A stretch of DNA of 63,502 nucleotides, the filler included, from Sphacelaria rigidula (Eukaryota): the NCBI GenBank assembly GCA_964200075.2. It is 8 parts of 8 records of this genome, joined end to end, with 100 filler letters (N's around TTAATTAATTAA, not from the genome) between each part and the next. Parts side by side here need not be neighbours in the genome. Positions count along the whole stretch, not along the records: positions 31,803 to 39,652 come from CAXNAA020013235.1; positions 39,753 to 47,602 come from CAXNAA020013236.1; positions 47,703 to 55,552 come from CAXNAA020013237.1; 5 more parts are not named here. One strand, written 5' to 3'. Below are positions 36,801 to 49,538 of the stretch, piece after piece. How positions within the stretch are numbered: the stretch's first letter is position 1; each line of letters opens with the position of its first letter. The translations under genes and the position numbers were made by a program. Below the pieces are notes generated by a model. The model saw only the letters and a list, made by a program, of their open reading frames with translations, was not told the DNA's origin and did not search any database.

Positions 36801-38938
36801 CCAGTTATTTCTGACGTATACGAGCTCGTGCGTAAAGGCACCCTTTTTACTACGGATGAAGGTGTGCAACTACTGGCGCGTCGCCCCACGCCTTTGACAG
36901 GCGTAATGTCCGTCTCAACCACGGAACGCCCCGCACGACTACTCGATGACGAACCAACGCGCATACATGTGCCATTATTTATGCGCCCCAGGGTCATGAA
37001 AGGTTGCGACATAGACTTGTCATGTCACCTTGGCGGCACCCGCACCCTAGCGCTCTTGGAACGCTTCTACTGGTGGGTTGGCATGGAAATTTCTAACCAC
37101 TTCTGGATTCGGCGATGCTTCAAATGCCAAGCCTGAAAAACTTCACGACATACAGTACGCTGGCCCGTCATCCCTATGGCACTCCCCGACGAGCCAGGCC
37201 ACCTTGTGTCCTTTGACTACTTTGGCCGTCTACCGACCACAGGTCGCGGCAACACCTACATCTTACTCTGCACTGACCGCTTCAGCCGTCACGCGTCCAT
37301 GTACGCGGTATCCGCCGCAGATTTTACTACCGCTGGAACTGCCGACATATTGGTTCACGACTACATGAAGCACTACGGTTGCACGAAGCGACGCTTTTCA
37401 GACAATGGTCGGAAATTTCGCTAAGAGCTTTCTGATGAGCTTTACAAGATCCTGGGCATCCGCAAAGTTGCCACGAGCGTTTACCACCCGAACGGTAACG
37501 GTGGTACCGAAAGAGTTAGTCACACCATGGCCGAGATACTCGCTATGGTCGTCAATGACAACCAAAATGACTGGGACCTATATCTCTCGCACATCATGTT
37601 GTCCTACAACAAGTCGGTTAATGCTGCCACAGGCCTTTCTCCGATCAAACTCCATCTTGGACGTTACCCTCGACTGCCCATCACCGTGTTTAAGCGACAC
37701 ACGTTCCTTGGCCATCAAGGGTTGGATCAGGATCAGATATCCTATCACGAGGTAGCGCATGCACGACGACGCGAAGCGTTTTCCCTCGTGCGCGAACAAC
37801 ACGCTATCAAGAGCTAGCGCATGCACGACAACGCAAAGCGTTTGCCCTCGTGCGCGAACAACACGCTAACAACGCCTCGCGCCTGGAGAGATCTAACACT
37901 GCTCTCTACAACCTCATGCACAAACGCCCAAACTGGAAAGTTGTTGGTGATTGGGTTTGGATCTACAACAGTTTGTCGACCATCCGCCGAAGCACCAGCA
38001 AGGCAGCCAACGAAACAGTTTTGAAGACAAAATTGTCCCTCAATTGACCAGGACCATTCAAGATCCTGACAGTTGGACCATCGCCGTCATCCTCGGATGA
38101 TAAACCCGTTGGTGACAAACTGCTCTATCTCGACTCGCCTCGCGACTTCCAGGGCAAGGGCACCAAACCCCGCGTCTCCATGCATAGATGCGAACCATGC
38201 ACGAACCCGCCTGATACAAGCGACATGCCCAAGTACCGGCCTGCCGGACTCACACGGTACGTTCTCAACAGCTGCTCGACCAAGTCCCCGCCCTACCACG
38301 TGACCACCGACGATGTGACGGAACAGCCCCTCCGATTGACCGTGTCCACCATCTCCGACCACCAGATAAACCGTGATCGAGGTGGCAAATTTGCTGTCAT
38401 GTAAAAGACCCACTGGCACGGTCTCCGAAGAGCATCTTGGGAACGCGAATCCGACCTTCAATTGCACCGCCGTGCAATCCTCCTGTACTGGACGCAATCT
38501 CAACATCAGCATCTTGCTCACAACAAGAAATATCGCAACATGCGTCGTGGCGCAGCAGCCCGCGAACTTCACCGTGATCAGGGACTACGCTTCGTCGCCG
38601 ATGGTTACGAACATGTACCCACCAAGACTTGTAAGACGAAGTTCTTTGCAAACCAGCGACTCCTGCCCAAGGGCAGCTACCTTTGGTTCAAAGGCAGCGA
38701 CAGCCTCCGGTGGTTGGGTCAGACCCACTCCGCTAACCTGGTCCCTGCCGACACATACATCGTGCGCTTCATCGATGACCCTGGACCCGTACAGCTCAAG
38801 CTCCGACCAGCACTATACATCACCAGCCCATCTGCACCGCGCGGATCCTGGTGCCTCCAGCGCCTTGAGTCCAAAGGACTTCGCCGCGGTCTCCTGCGCA
38901 ACATCGACCACACCCACGACGTCCATGCCCCGCTTTGA
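33900..38938 (+). mobile_element. Degenerate Ty3/gypsy LTR retrotransposon: gag (Zn knuckle), RNase H, integrase and chromo-like domain; protease and RT absent
   Basis: Gag knuckle CINCSIQGHSMRDC. RNase H LRTDASTNGFGGGLNQPQVDGSVRPILFISR...WAIKRL and HRPGKTNGNADLLS. Integrase HLGGTRTLALLERFYWW...CFKCQ, VSFDYFG...ILLCTDRFSR, SDNG and YHPNGNGGTERV. Chromo-like HWHGLRRASWERESDL. Many stops; the 5' boundary is approximate. Confidence 0.9.
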
Positions 38939-39204
38939 ACCACGCTCCTTCGCTGCAAATGTTGCCCCCTATCTGTAGCATTGTTTACCCTCCCTTCGTC
39001 ACTAGGATCCTCTTCCACGACATCCACAACAGGACCACTTCATCGGACGACGATCGAAGAACTGCTGAAGATACCCACCATCTACGACTGCTGGAGCTAT
39101 AGTATCCCCTTTCGGCTGGCATTCGATCTCGTTGAATCACCGATTTTCAGATTTTGCTTCCGACTAACATGCGTGGTCGCACACTGATCTTGCAATCTTT
39201 TTCT

Positions 39205-39350
39205 CTTTGGATTCCCCCAGGTTGAAGCTCTGCTCCCTGTTGTACCTTTGGATTCCCCCAGGTCGAAGTTCTGCTCCCTGTTGTACCTCCCTGCCGTTTT
39301 TTCCTCTTTGGATTACCCCAGGTTAAAGCTCTGGTGCCTGTCGTACCCCC
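39205..39350 (+). repeat. Three ~40-bp direct repeats in the gypsy 3' non-coding region, followed by a duplicated PPT-like gggtacgggagtgtt (~39505-39534)
   Basis: tttggattcccccaggttgaagctctgctccctgttgtacc, three degenerate copies. Confidence 0.75.
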
Positions 39351-39752
39351 CTGTTTTCTCCTCTCGTTTTGCTAGGACGCCGAAGCAATTTGTGCTTACT
39401 TGTTGATCGCTAGCACGCAGAAGCAACTTGTGCTTCCGCGTTCCGAAGCAGTTTTTCTGCTCTTCGAAGCAGTATATGCTTCCCTTCTTTTGAGGTGCAG
39501 GAGTGGGTACGGGAGTGTTGGGTACGGGAGTGTTTCCTTACAATGCTTTGAGGATAAATCTGTTGGGTACCGGAGCGTTTGCATAGGTAACAGTGTTTTC
39601 GTGAGATTGAGAGTAGATGATACGATTGAGAGTGGCTTTGATCATTCGCTTTNNNNNNNNNNNNNNNNNNNNNNNNNNNNNNNNNNNNNNNNNNNNTTAA
39701 TTAATTAANNNNNNNNNNNNNNNNNNNNNNNNNNNNNNNNNNNNNNNNNNNN

Positions 39753-39825
39753 GTTGGGAAAGCAGTGTTTTAGGCTTGAACCTCATCTCGGAGTTAAACC
39801 TCAATTCGCACAATTTGTTGTTAAA
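39753..39825. repeat. Dispersed repeat at contig ends (also 55488-55552 and 29305-29349)
   Basis: Shared aattgaggtttaact..gagatgagg.tcaag motif; this copy is the reverse complement. Confidence 0.75.
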
Positions 39826-40696
39826 CAGCGAGACGCAAACAATGCGGTAGCATTTGAAAAAAGAAGAAAAACAAAGAGGGACAAGGGAAGGAAAATGTAG
39901 ATAGACACGTCGGAAACTAGAACGACGGAGGGCAGACGGGAACCAAAAATGAGAAAGAACTCACAGAAGCACAGCTGAGAAACATCGTTGACGTCGCAAT
40001 TTAAGGGTGAAAGTAAGCAACCGATAGGATACCACCCAGGTAGAAGAGCGAAAATGTGGCAGCGAGATCTTCTCCCATTCATTGCTGTCACAAGAGGCGC
40101 ACTTGCGTGGGCGTCAACGGATACTCGTGGTATACAGCGCAGCACTCTGTGACGACCAGCACTCACTCTGCGATAATCCCCCGCGCTCTCTTTATTGAGC
40201 ACAGAGGCGCGATTAAAGAGACACTCATATTTTGTTCTTGCCCCAGTGGGTGTGATATCAAGGGGTGCTAAGGTGGGCTCTGCCGTAAGCTCACCAAGTG
40301 GGTACAGATTGATGACAGTTGGCGTGTGAAGATTCGAAACTCTGCAATATATGTTACAGCCACGTAGATGTGTTGAGGAAAAACTTTACGGGACGGTGCC
40401 CGCGACAGGGGTAGATTTCAGGCCGACAAATGGTTGTGTTCTGAAATCAACCTGGCAACAAACGCGAGGCAGTTCTCATGAACAGCTCGGCCGGAACATA
40501 CGACGACACCGTCGATTTTGCGATGATTCCATCGTCAGACCTGGTCAGACCGTATCTTCTTCACAACCAATCGTGTCCGATTTCGGATGTACCTCTTTCC
40601 ACGGACCGCTCACAGCCATCTTTTTTTCCTGCGGTGCTCAACTCTCAAGTGTAACCGCCCGCAAGAGCCTAGAGGCGCTGTACGCAGAGGACCTAC

Positions 40697-43600
40697 CCGA
40701 CGATCAGAGGAATGGAATTCCGCTGGACCCAGTTGGGCTCGAAGATGTTGTAGTGGCAGGTCATGAACCGATCGTCGTCTGACTGTATCCCCTCGTAGCC
40801 GCTCCAGCATCTCCCCGTACCGAAGGTGTAGGCGTCCTTTAGCACGTTTCGGTATCTTACTAAAGGATCCTGACGCGGTGGGAATGTGTGGGAAGCGGGG
40901 AATAGAGGGAAGGGGAGGAGGAGGGGGGGGGGGATAGAGCAACAGGTTACAGGAAAGAGGTGCGCTCAGTTTTGCGTCGAGGACAATCGTACAGCGTCAT
41001 TTGGGTTTCGCTCTTTGCAAGGTGACAGTCGTTTTTCAGACACGGATATGCTCATGGCTGAATGCTGAATGCTGAATGCGGGGTCCTAGGCACGAAGTTA
41101 GGCACGAATGGGAGGGAAACGCGGATTAATGTCATTACCTCGTTCAGAGGTATTTGGCACAAGACAACAGTGGTTAGGACTCTAGATCCACTGGAATGAG
41201 TGGGGAGCAGTTGCAAGATTCGTTGTCGCACGGTGTGGATCAACATGATGACACGGGTTGTACACGCTGACCACTATGAAACTCGCGAAAACAGAGTTCT
41301 GCTTCTCGATTGCTGCCCCGATGGGTTTCGATGGAGGTATTCTTCCGGTACCTTCCACATTTGTCGACAAACGACTGCTAGTCAGGTGCTTTGCGTTGCA
41401 CTCAATTTGGATTCCGGCGCACGGACTAAGGACGACGGACTTCCGAAATTATAGAATCCACGCACCCTGAAAGTCGAACAGACAATTTCTGACAGTAAAT
41501 TGGCAATTCGAATTATTTTGAGCCAGGCATGAGCTGGATTGGGGAATTCGCCATGCTTTAAAAAGTCGATTGGATGCTGGAGATCGACGGAAAAGAGGGC
41601 GGGGAAGCTGTTGGTTGATACCGCGTGGGTTGCATTCCTGCGGCAGAATCAATTGGTTGAACTCATCGGGCGTATCGCTCGTAGTGCCCGCTGGGTGGGA
41701 GGAACGCGGTGTCTGACGGCCGGTGAAAATTCCAAATGTTGCAAACCTTCCAGGGGTCTTCTTTTGCTTCACATCATCCGCACGGTTCTACAGTTTCACA
41801 CCATCCCCATTTCTGTTTGATGGTCTCAGCGGGCGTGAATGAACGCGGCCGAATGTCCCCGCCTGTGCCCGCTTTCTATTTTCAGATCCTCCAAATGTCA
41901 GTGAAAATGTAAATTTCTTGAGTTTTCTTTCAGCATGCTACGACCGAAAAGGAAACCAAATGGACCATGAAAAAAAAGTGTGAAAAAAAAAAAAAACTGA
42001 AAAAACGTGTCACGTAACCACCAGAACGTGTCACATGAACACCAAAACGTGTCACGTAAACACCAACTCTACCGCGAGGGAAAATGGGGCAGCCACGGCG
42101 TGTCTTCGGTGTGGGCAGCTCTTACCTGCCACGGGCCGTCGCAGTTGATCTGCATGGTTTCGCAGTCGTCCACATCAAACTCCTCCCAGCACATACACGT
42201 GCACTGGTTCGGCGCAGTGCAATTCCCCCTTGGGACCAACGGCAATCGCAAAAAAGAAGAGCAAGAGTACAAAAGTACGAAATGCGTATCTGAGTCATCC
42301 TCGATAGGGGGGGGGGGGGGGGGGGGGATTTGATTGCACGAAAAAAGAAGCTCAAAAGTGTGTCAGACGACCTACCACACTCACGGTGCCCTTGTATTTG
42401 GTTCAAAACGGTGTCAATCGGTATGAACGAGAATTAATTATATATCTATAACAAGCTTGTTCGAGCAACCGTTGCTCCTTTCAAGGACGATTTGGCTTGA
42501 AATTTCGTGCAAGAAGTGGCCCAAAATACCACCCCTCCCTATGGTAGGATGACATATCTGAGTTGGGGTACATTGTGTGCCCCCTTCGCATCATCTGTGT
42601 GGTGGGTGGGGCATGCGTCCATTTGATGCACCGTGGGATGGACACTGTCGTCGTACGCTTCTTTACTGGATGGAGAAGCTTGAAAAAATCACAGAAGTAG
42701 AGTGTAGGAGGTTACGTGAACACGGCATGGCTCCGCGATAACATGAAGGCAACCCCTCCGGCTGTCGACAGCAATGACGGAAAGCACCATACGACTGGTG
42801 AAACACTACTGGATGGTGAACAAGCTTCAATGTACGGGAGGGAGTGCTGCAGGGAAAAAGTAGCTCTGCAGTCTTTCGCAGGAACTTCTATTTCCCGGCT
42901 GGTGTACCCGAAGAAAATGGGTATCAGCACTGCGAGTCTTCGTCTTATTCGGGGTAGGAGATTATTTCGCTCCAAGACGACAGACAAGCAGAAAACGGAC
43001 AGCAGCCGTAGCCCCGTCTCTGACCGTCAATGAAAATATCACACAGGCTTACCATACCATGTACTTGTGCGAGGCTGCAAACCCAAAAACCTGGTGGATA
43101 CCTATTCCTTCGAGGTTTATTTGGCGTTTGCACACTGAATCTATAACAATACGTCGGTTTCCTGGAGTATGTTTGGCGAAGCTGGGGCACCTGAAGTAGC
43201 TCGCCCCCTCGTATTCGACGGCAGCGTAGCGTTCTTCCATCGCACACGGATCGGACTCGAAAGCTATAACCCGCTCCTCGTCAAGTGTAATGAGGTTTTT
43301 TCGCATGAGAGAGTCAGCAACAACCTGGAAGTTCATCAACCGACGAGAAGATAGGGGGGGTACGCGTGAACAAGTTGGATTTTGCTTCGCTCCAGTACTC
43401 AGGCGACAGCAAATGGACAGCGGCGTCACTCTTAGGGATTTCCTCCGGGGTCGTCGTTCTGAAACAGGCGGCAGAGGCTGCATGAAAGTTGGATTTTTCC
43501 TTCGGACTGACTGCGCGTTCAAGTCGATGTTCCCCGCACGGACGGAAAGTTGTCTAGGTCTCCACGTCCGCAAAACCACGCTAGCGTTGTAATTGAAAAA

Positions 43601-46600
43601 TAAAAAACACTTTGGAGTCATCCGAGGAACTCAGTGAATGACACGTTCCATTACAGTGGCTGAAGATTTTTCTTGACGACGGCGGTGGAATCCATTGAAT
43701 TTTCGGAGGCAAACATGCCCCACAGACAATTTTTTACGACGTTCTGGGATCTGCCTCCGTTTGCGCAGCGTCCGTAGCGCAGCCATGGGGCACTCCAAGA
43801 CTTCCGGACCGGCGGTGGGTACAGTGTACTTACTGGGTGCGTGTGCTCGATATTTCTGCGAGATGCGGAGCACGGGCAACCCGAGAGGGCATTCCGACGC
43901 TATACTAAAACCAAGTGAAAATAGGAAATAATAGCTGTATTTTTGCCGCCGCCGCCACGAATGGCCATGAGTTCTCGCAGAGTGGACATACCCCCTCCTT
44001 TGCAAGTATTGCGACCCTTTCTACGATTACCACCCACGGAAAAAAAAACAGCCCAAAACTGTCAAGAGGAAAATGGTCATACAGCGCCTGATGTTTGGGT
44101 TCAGGCTGAATGAAGCGCCTCATATGGGCGACATTAGCCGAGACGAACTCAAGCGTGGGATTTCCCAGCTGCTCATTGTGCTTGGCTTTTTACATTTCGA
44201 TTTTCGTGCAGATTTTGCATCCCAACCAGCCACTTTTTGGGGGGGGGAGGGCTATCTCAGAAAGGGCCTTGCGTATCCCGTTATACTCGATTACGTGGCT
44301 AGTTCCGATGCTGGAAGTAAGTACGGAATGCTCGGAGCAGTCTTGGTGCGTACATGACAGGTGCTCGATGAGTTTTAACTTCGGTGGGAAATCAGAAGGC
44401 GGCGGTGCTGAGGTTCGAAGAGACGGGGGTGGCTGCCGTGTCAGGTATCATGCTACCGCGATCCACTTTGGTAATCGGACACTCTAACGACAGCACCAGT
44501 TCCAAGCGGGTACTTTTAGACAGTGCTTCAGCGACTAGTTTTCGCACGACGTTGATGCAGCCTTGTACTTACACCCCGGAACGTTCACGATCTCATATAA
44601 ACTATCACGTGAGCAAAGTTGCAGGAGACCGGCGAGAAGAACAAGCTGTTAGGTTCGGTCGATGTCGTCGTGTCCCTCTTCGAACACAGCGCTTGGTCAC
44701 CAATATCTGCGCTTTACCGCAACTCAGTCTTCGAAGCGAGTGTATCGCCGATTCCTTCAGAAACACGAAGGAGTGACCCGACAGGGAATGATTCCCACCT
44801 CGCAAACCGGCGTTCTGCAGTCGTACCCGGTCCAGCCGTCGGGACAGTCGCAATGATCGGGAGCCGAACAAACCCCACCGTTCGAACATCTGAAGCATCC
44901 CTGTGGAAGTAAAACAAATAACACGCAGCTGTGGGTATAAATAAGCATGCTCCAAAGGACGGCTGCAAGAGTTCCGCCGAAGAAATAAAATATGCAAACA
45001 TCGACGCAAGGTATTATTGTGCGTAACACTGGTAACCCAAGGCACTCGCCGTAAACGTGATGATCAGGTGTTTTGGACCTTGGAGTGGTGCCGGCAGCTC
45101 CCCCCCCCCGCCCCGCCCAAGCGTAACTTTTGGCCGGAAATGGTTTGTACCTCGACACTGCTGATTTATCGTGTAGAAAATGACCCGGCGAATAGTTTGG
45201 CCACGTAGGACGGGGTATACTATCAAAAGCGCTGATTTGTGTGACGTCTTGCTCGAAATGATTGCCTTCCCATCGTCCGTACGCTTCGGAAGTAGCCTCC
45301 CTTGTAACGCGGTGATATGGTATGGTACAATTACATGGGTGGGAGAATGAGAGCAATGCTGTTTCTGGGTAGGAAGATGTTCACATAACAAGTTGCGTGT
45401 AGTCCGGAATATGACACGATGTATCCACCTGACAGGATACGGAGTAACACCAGCGGGAAAACCCAACTACGGTACGAATCGCGGGCTCATGGCGGAGATA
45501 TTGGGTAAAGGCTTAGCTAAGAGTTGGCATGTTTCTGAGTGAAAATGTGTATGTAGCGCGTGTCATATAACTTTGTGGGCCGGGCATGGCAGCAGCAGAA
45601 CCGGTTCATCCAAGCCCACCGAAGATGATACTTGAGCTTCCGTCCTGTTCCCAAATTGTGGGGAATAGCATACGCTTAGACCGACGACTCCTATGAACCA
45701 TAAAGCCAAGATGAAGAAACAGGAAAGTTTAGACCCTCAGGGCGCGTTTTTTCTCGAGTTCGAGCTGTCAGATCTATGATCTGTAAAGACACGGTTTTTA
45801 CGTCTAGCTCAGAGGAAACCACATCCGTTGTTCAACTCTTTGGGCATAGACGGTTGGGTTAGACACCATTCTGTTCGAACCTCGTGGGAAACTCAACTGT
45901 TCCCCTTGCGTAAGACATGTTCACGGTTCGGACGAATCATCGCCCGTTCGAATAACCGAATCTACGATCTCTTAGGCCTGATTGCTCCAAAGAGAAAAAA
46001 AAGTCGATATCTGGTCAAACAGGTCTCCACGCAACTTTTGCGCCATTCCACGTGCCTGGGCTACGCGTACCTGGCTTGCAACGCTGAAAACGAAGCCTGG
46101 GAATTAATTCGTACGGTACGCACCAATTGCACTAAAATCAAACAATATCTAGACAAATCGTCAATTCGTCCGACCCTTGGACATGTGTGGGGCGCAGATC
46201 GTTGTATTTGTACGCACATATATGGATTTTTCCGGACTCCCGCGGTTCGCCGACTTCATTGAACTGTTTCGCTCATTTTGTCTCTTGCTGACTCATGTTC
46301 TCGCACTTTCGGGAGATGGGGTATACAATAAAACCCCGGGAATTGATTTTACCGTCTGGGTTTGGACACTGCGGGTCGGTCCAAATTCGTACGTTGGTGG
46401 AAAGCGCCCGATTACGAGGGCGCAGCTGAAGCCGTGTCTTGGCACATCATTTTCCGATCGAAAACGTGCGACGGGAAGCAAAAATCTCGATCTGATAGAT
46501 CGTAAATTTGAACCATCTTCAAATCGACGACGATGGTTGAAATTACGACCTATCCGATCGGGATTTTTGTTTTTCGCCGCACAATTTCGATCGAAAACTA

Positions 46601-46936
46601 ATAATGTGCTAAGGCACGCCCTGAGTCGAGTAGAGATCTGACTCCCGGAAAAAACGCCCTCCGGAAGACCCAAGCTCCTCCTACTTGTGTGTCCATACAT
46701 GTGCTGCCGGATGAGCCAATCTTACAGTACCGTACAACCCAGTTAAAAAGTCGGTCACACTCAGAAAGCTGCAGGGCCCCCCTTCCTAGATTGCTGAGCG
46801 CGTCACCACGTACCTCGCCCCCGGGAGCCTGGGGTAAGTCTGTGCAGAAAGGATCGAAGAATCCCTGTGCACACATCGGCATGGAACAGTCTGTGCCCGT
46901 CCAGCCGGTCATTTCTCTGTTCGCGTCTTCATATAC
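40697..46936 (-). CDS. EGF-like repeat protein (probable single-pass cell-surface protein), five internal exons
   Basis: GT-AG exons 46936-46814, 44900-44799, 43324-43191, 42228-42126 and 40869-40697 join in phase. They give VYEDANREMTGWTGTDCSMPMCAQGFFDPFCTDLPQAPGGE|GCFRCSNGGVCSAPDHCDCPDGWTGYDCRTPVCE|VVADSLMRKNL...FESDPC...YFR|GNCTAPNQCTCMC...CDGPWQ|DPLVRYRNVL...GRCWSGYEG...FMTCHYNIFEPNWVQRNSIPLIV. C.NGG.C.AP..C.C..GWTG..C is a canonical EGF pattern. Confidence 0.85.
42004..42066 (+). repeat. Three 21-bp tandem repeats (aacgtgtcacgtaaccaccag-like)
   Basis: Visible directly. Confidence 0.8.
44070..44250. repeat. Dispersed ~180-bp repeat, with an inverted copy at ~56950-57126
   Basis: atggtca...ctgatg...gttcag.ctg.atgaagcg.ctcatatgg.cgacatt...gcgtggga.ttcccagctgctc.ttgtgct.ggcttttt is shared between introns of two different contigs. 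Confidence 0.8.
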
Positions 46937-49315
46937 CTGTCAGGCATACACATCCCGGAATTCAACATGCTATTGACGGCAGGAACAGGATGGCATGCGA
47001 GTAATGCTGTGGTGGTGGCAGTGGTGGTGGGGAGGTGTACTCATGATCATGTATGCCATAGTCATCTGACCATTGACGTCGCATCCCTACAAAGCCGGGA
47101 CGAAGCACGCCGGGTTTTCGCCGGACTAGGCTCGCAATCAATCACCACGCCGAAGCGCCGTGGTGTGTTTGGCGGGTCGTATCACGGGTGAACTGCATCC
47201 TGCTAAGACTGTTCGGCCCGAAGGGTGCTGATTATCTTGCATTCGGATGACAGCCTCCAATGAGTTGCTTCACTTTCTGGTATTGCCACTTCCAGAGACA
47301 GCCATGGCTTACACACTGCCTCATGGGTGTCTCACCATTTAGGCACTACGTAGTACGATCACCTTTGCGCGGAGTTGAGGTTCTCCCACCCCGCATAATA
47401 TGATTAAGCTCGACCACCGCGATGGTTACCGCAAGAAAAACGCAACCAAGCAAAATAAATCGACAACCTGGTTGCCTAGCTTACGTAGTGATTGGCGTGT
47501 TTTATAGCGTCATCGCTAACCGACGCCAACCCCATAGGGAGTGTTGGGGGGGGGGGGCGTCCTCATCTCTTGCTTGCCTTAGTCGTTTGACTATTGACCA
47601 CGNNNNNNNNNNNNNNNNNNNNNNNNNNNNNNNNNNNNNNNNNNNNTTAATTAATTAANNNNNNNNNNNNNNNNNNNNNNNNNNNNNNNNNNNNNNNNNN
47701 NNTCGCCCGCGATCGTTTGCGATCGTCAGCGTGTTAAGTGTTGGGTTGGATTTCCTCCTTTCATCAAGGAAAAAAAAACAAAATGTGGCCTTCCAGGGGG
47801 TTATGATTCAAAATATATATATATATATTCGCTGGGTCATCATTTGATTGTGTACATGCCGTACCTACGCACACTGCCTACCAAGTGTGCATCGCCGCTC
47901 AGTTGTTCAGCTGATGATATCTTTATACATGCACTACTGGTGATGAGAAAGCCGCCACCACCTTATCCGAAATTCGACTGTCGGTACGTGCCTAACATTG
48001 TGTACCGCAGAGTGTTGGGTTTGCCATCCCATACTGCATCGACTTGGGTAAACTTTCGTCGTTACTCACGTCTTTCACGGTGCTACCAGTAAAGGTCAGG
48101 CATGTCCATAACCCGGAACCGACCCCGGAACCTACCGTTTATAGCCCGAAGTCAGCTTTTGGCGGAACCTACCGGTTATAACCGCAAAGAACAGGGAATG
48201 AAAAACGCCCATCCCCCGGGATTCCAACCCAGTTTCTTCCATTGGCTTCATACTGTATACCGCTTTTGATGCGGGTGGACCATCTTTAAATGGGGCGTTT
48301 TGCCGTGGTGACTGCCAGTTGTTTGCGATGTGATGGTTCCTCCACTGTTCAAGTGAAGGGAGTGTGTGTGTGTGTTTTATTTTTTGTCGCCCCAGAAAAA
48401 AGTAAAGCACGCTCGTTCAGTGTTCCATGTTTCATAATTCATATTTGGGTAGGGTAGGTTGCGCGTATGGCTCATACCACTTCACTAGCTCCATCGCTCG
48501 CCAGCATTGTCTGGAAGTATACGCAACCAAACAACAAACAAGCTGATCAAGCCCCACAGAAGTCAACGCGTTTTCCTTCGCTAAAGCCAAGGGCGCAAAC
48601 ATCCTCCTTCTCCTCTCCACCCGTCCCAAGATCAAAGAGCCCGAGAAACCAGATGCTTTGCGCCCATCAGTAGGACCCTCCAGAGTCGAGGGGTTTGAAA
48701 GCGATCCCCACACGGGTGAAGCCATGTGGTGTGCTGTCTGGTGTGTAGGTCCATGTGTCTATGGTCTGCTGCGGTGGGAGACTGAGCACCGCAGAGCGCT
48801 GTGTGTAGTACGTAGAAGCCTGCAGTGAGGGGGCCCCGCGAGTACTCGAGGGGGCCCCGTGAATGAGGGGACCCTGCAGAGTACAAAGTAACCCCAAATT
48901 TAGGCGGAACCTACCCTGGTAAAAATGTATGGTTCATATAATTACCCGAATGTGATGGTACCCTACCTACGTGATGTGCGGGGGGTAATCCGCTCGCAGC
49001 AGATTTACGGTCGCGATAGCTAGCACCACACGACGCTGTTCAATTCACATTTCAATCGCTTCTGGGCAAAACTCTCATGCCTCACCGGCAACTGGAACAG
49101 GGCCTTTTGGTTTCTTGTGGATAGGAAGACGGATGGTTCAGCCATACAGGCTGGTTCACAGGGGAAAACTCAAATTCTGTCACCAGCAAATGCCTCTTGC
49201 AATACGCATCCAATAGTCGCATACATGGTATCATACTGACCGCAATGAACAGACGAAGAGGGTGACATAGCCGGATTCGTGCTTAAGGCAATAGCGGTGG
49301 CGCTATGGACAAAAA

Positions 49316-49506
49316 TGATTGATTGATTTATTGATTGATTATCTCACATTAGCTGATTGCAACAATCCAGCCCGTGGTCAGGAGCAGCAAAAATAGAACA
49401 TAATTATAATTAAAAAAAGAAAGAAAGGAACAGAAAAGCGACAGAAGCAACGGTCTCAGAAAGGAAAGGAAGGGGGCAGCGATAAAAACAACCTAACACC
49501 ACCACC

Positions 49507-49538
<32 letters not shown>

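Noticed and set aside
39205-39350. CRISPR-like spaced repeats (also considered 32120-32852 and 42004-42066)
   Set aside because: The repeats are degenerate or abutting, with no unique equal-length spacers and no cas genes, in a eukaryotic context.
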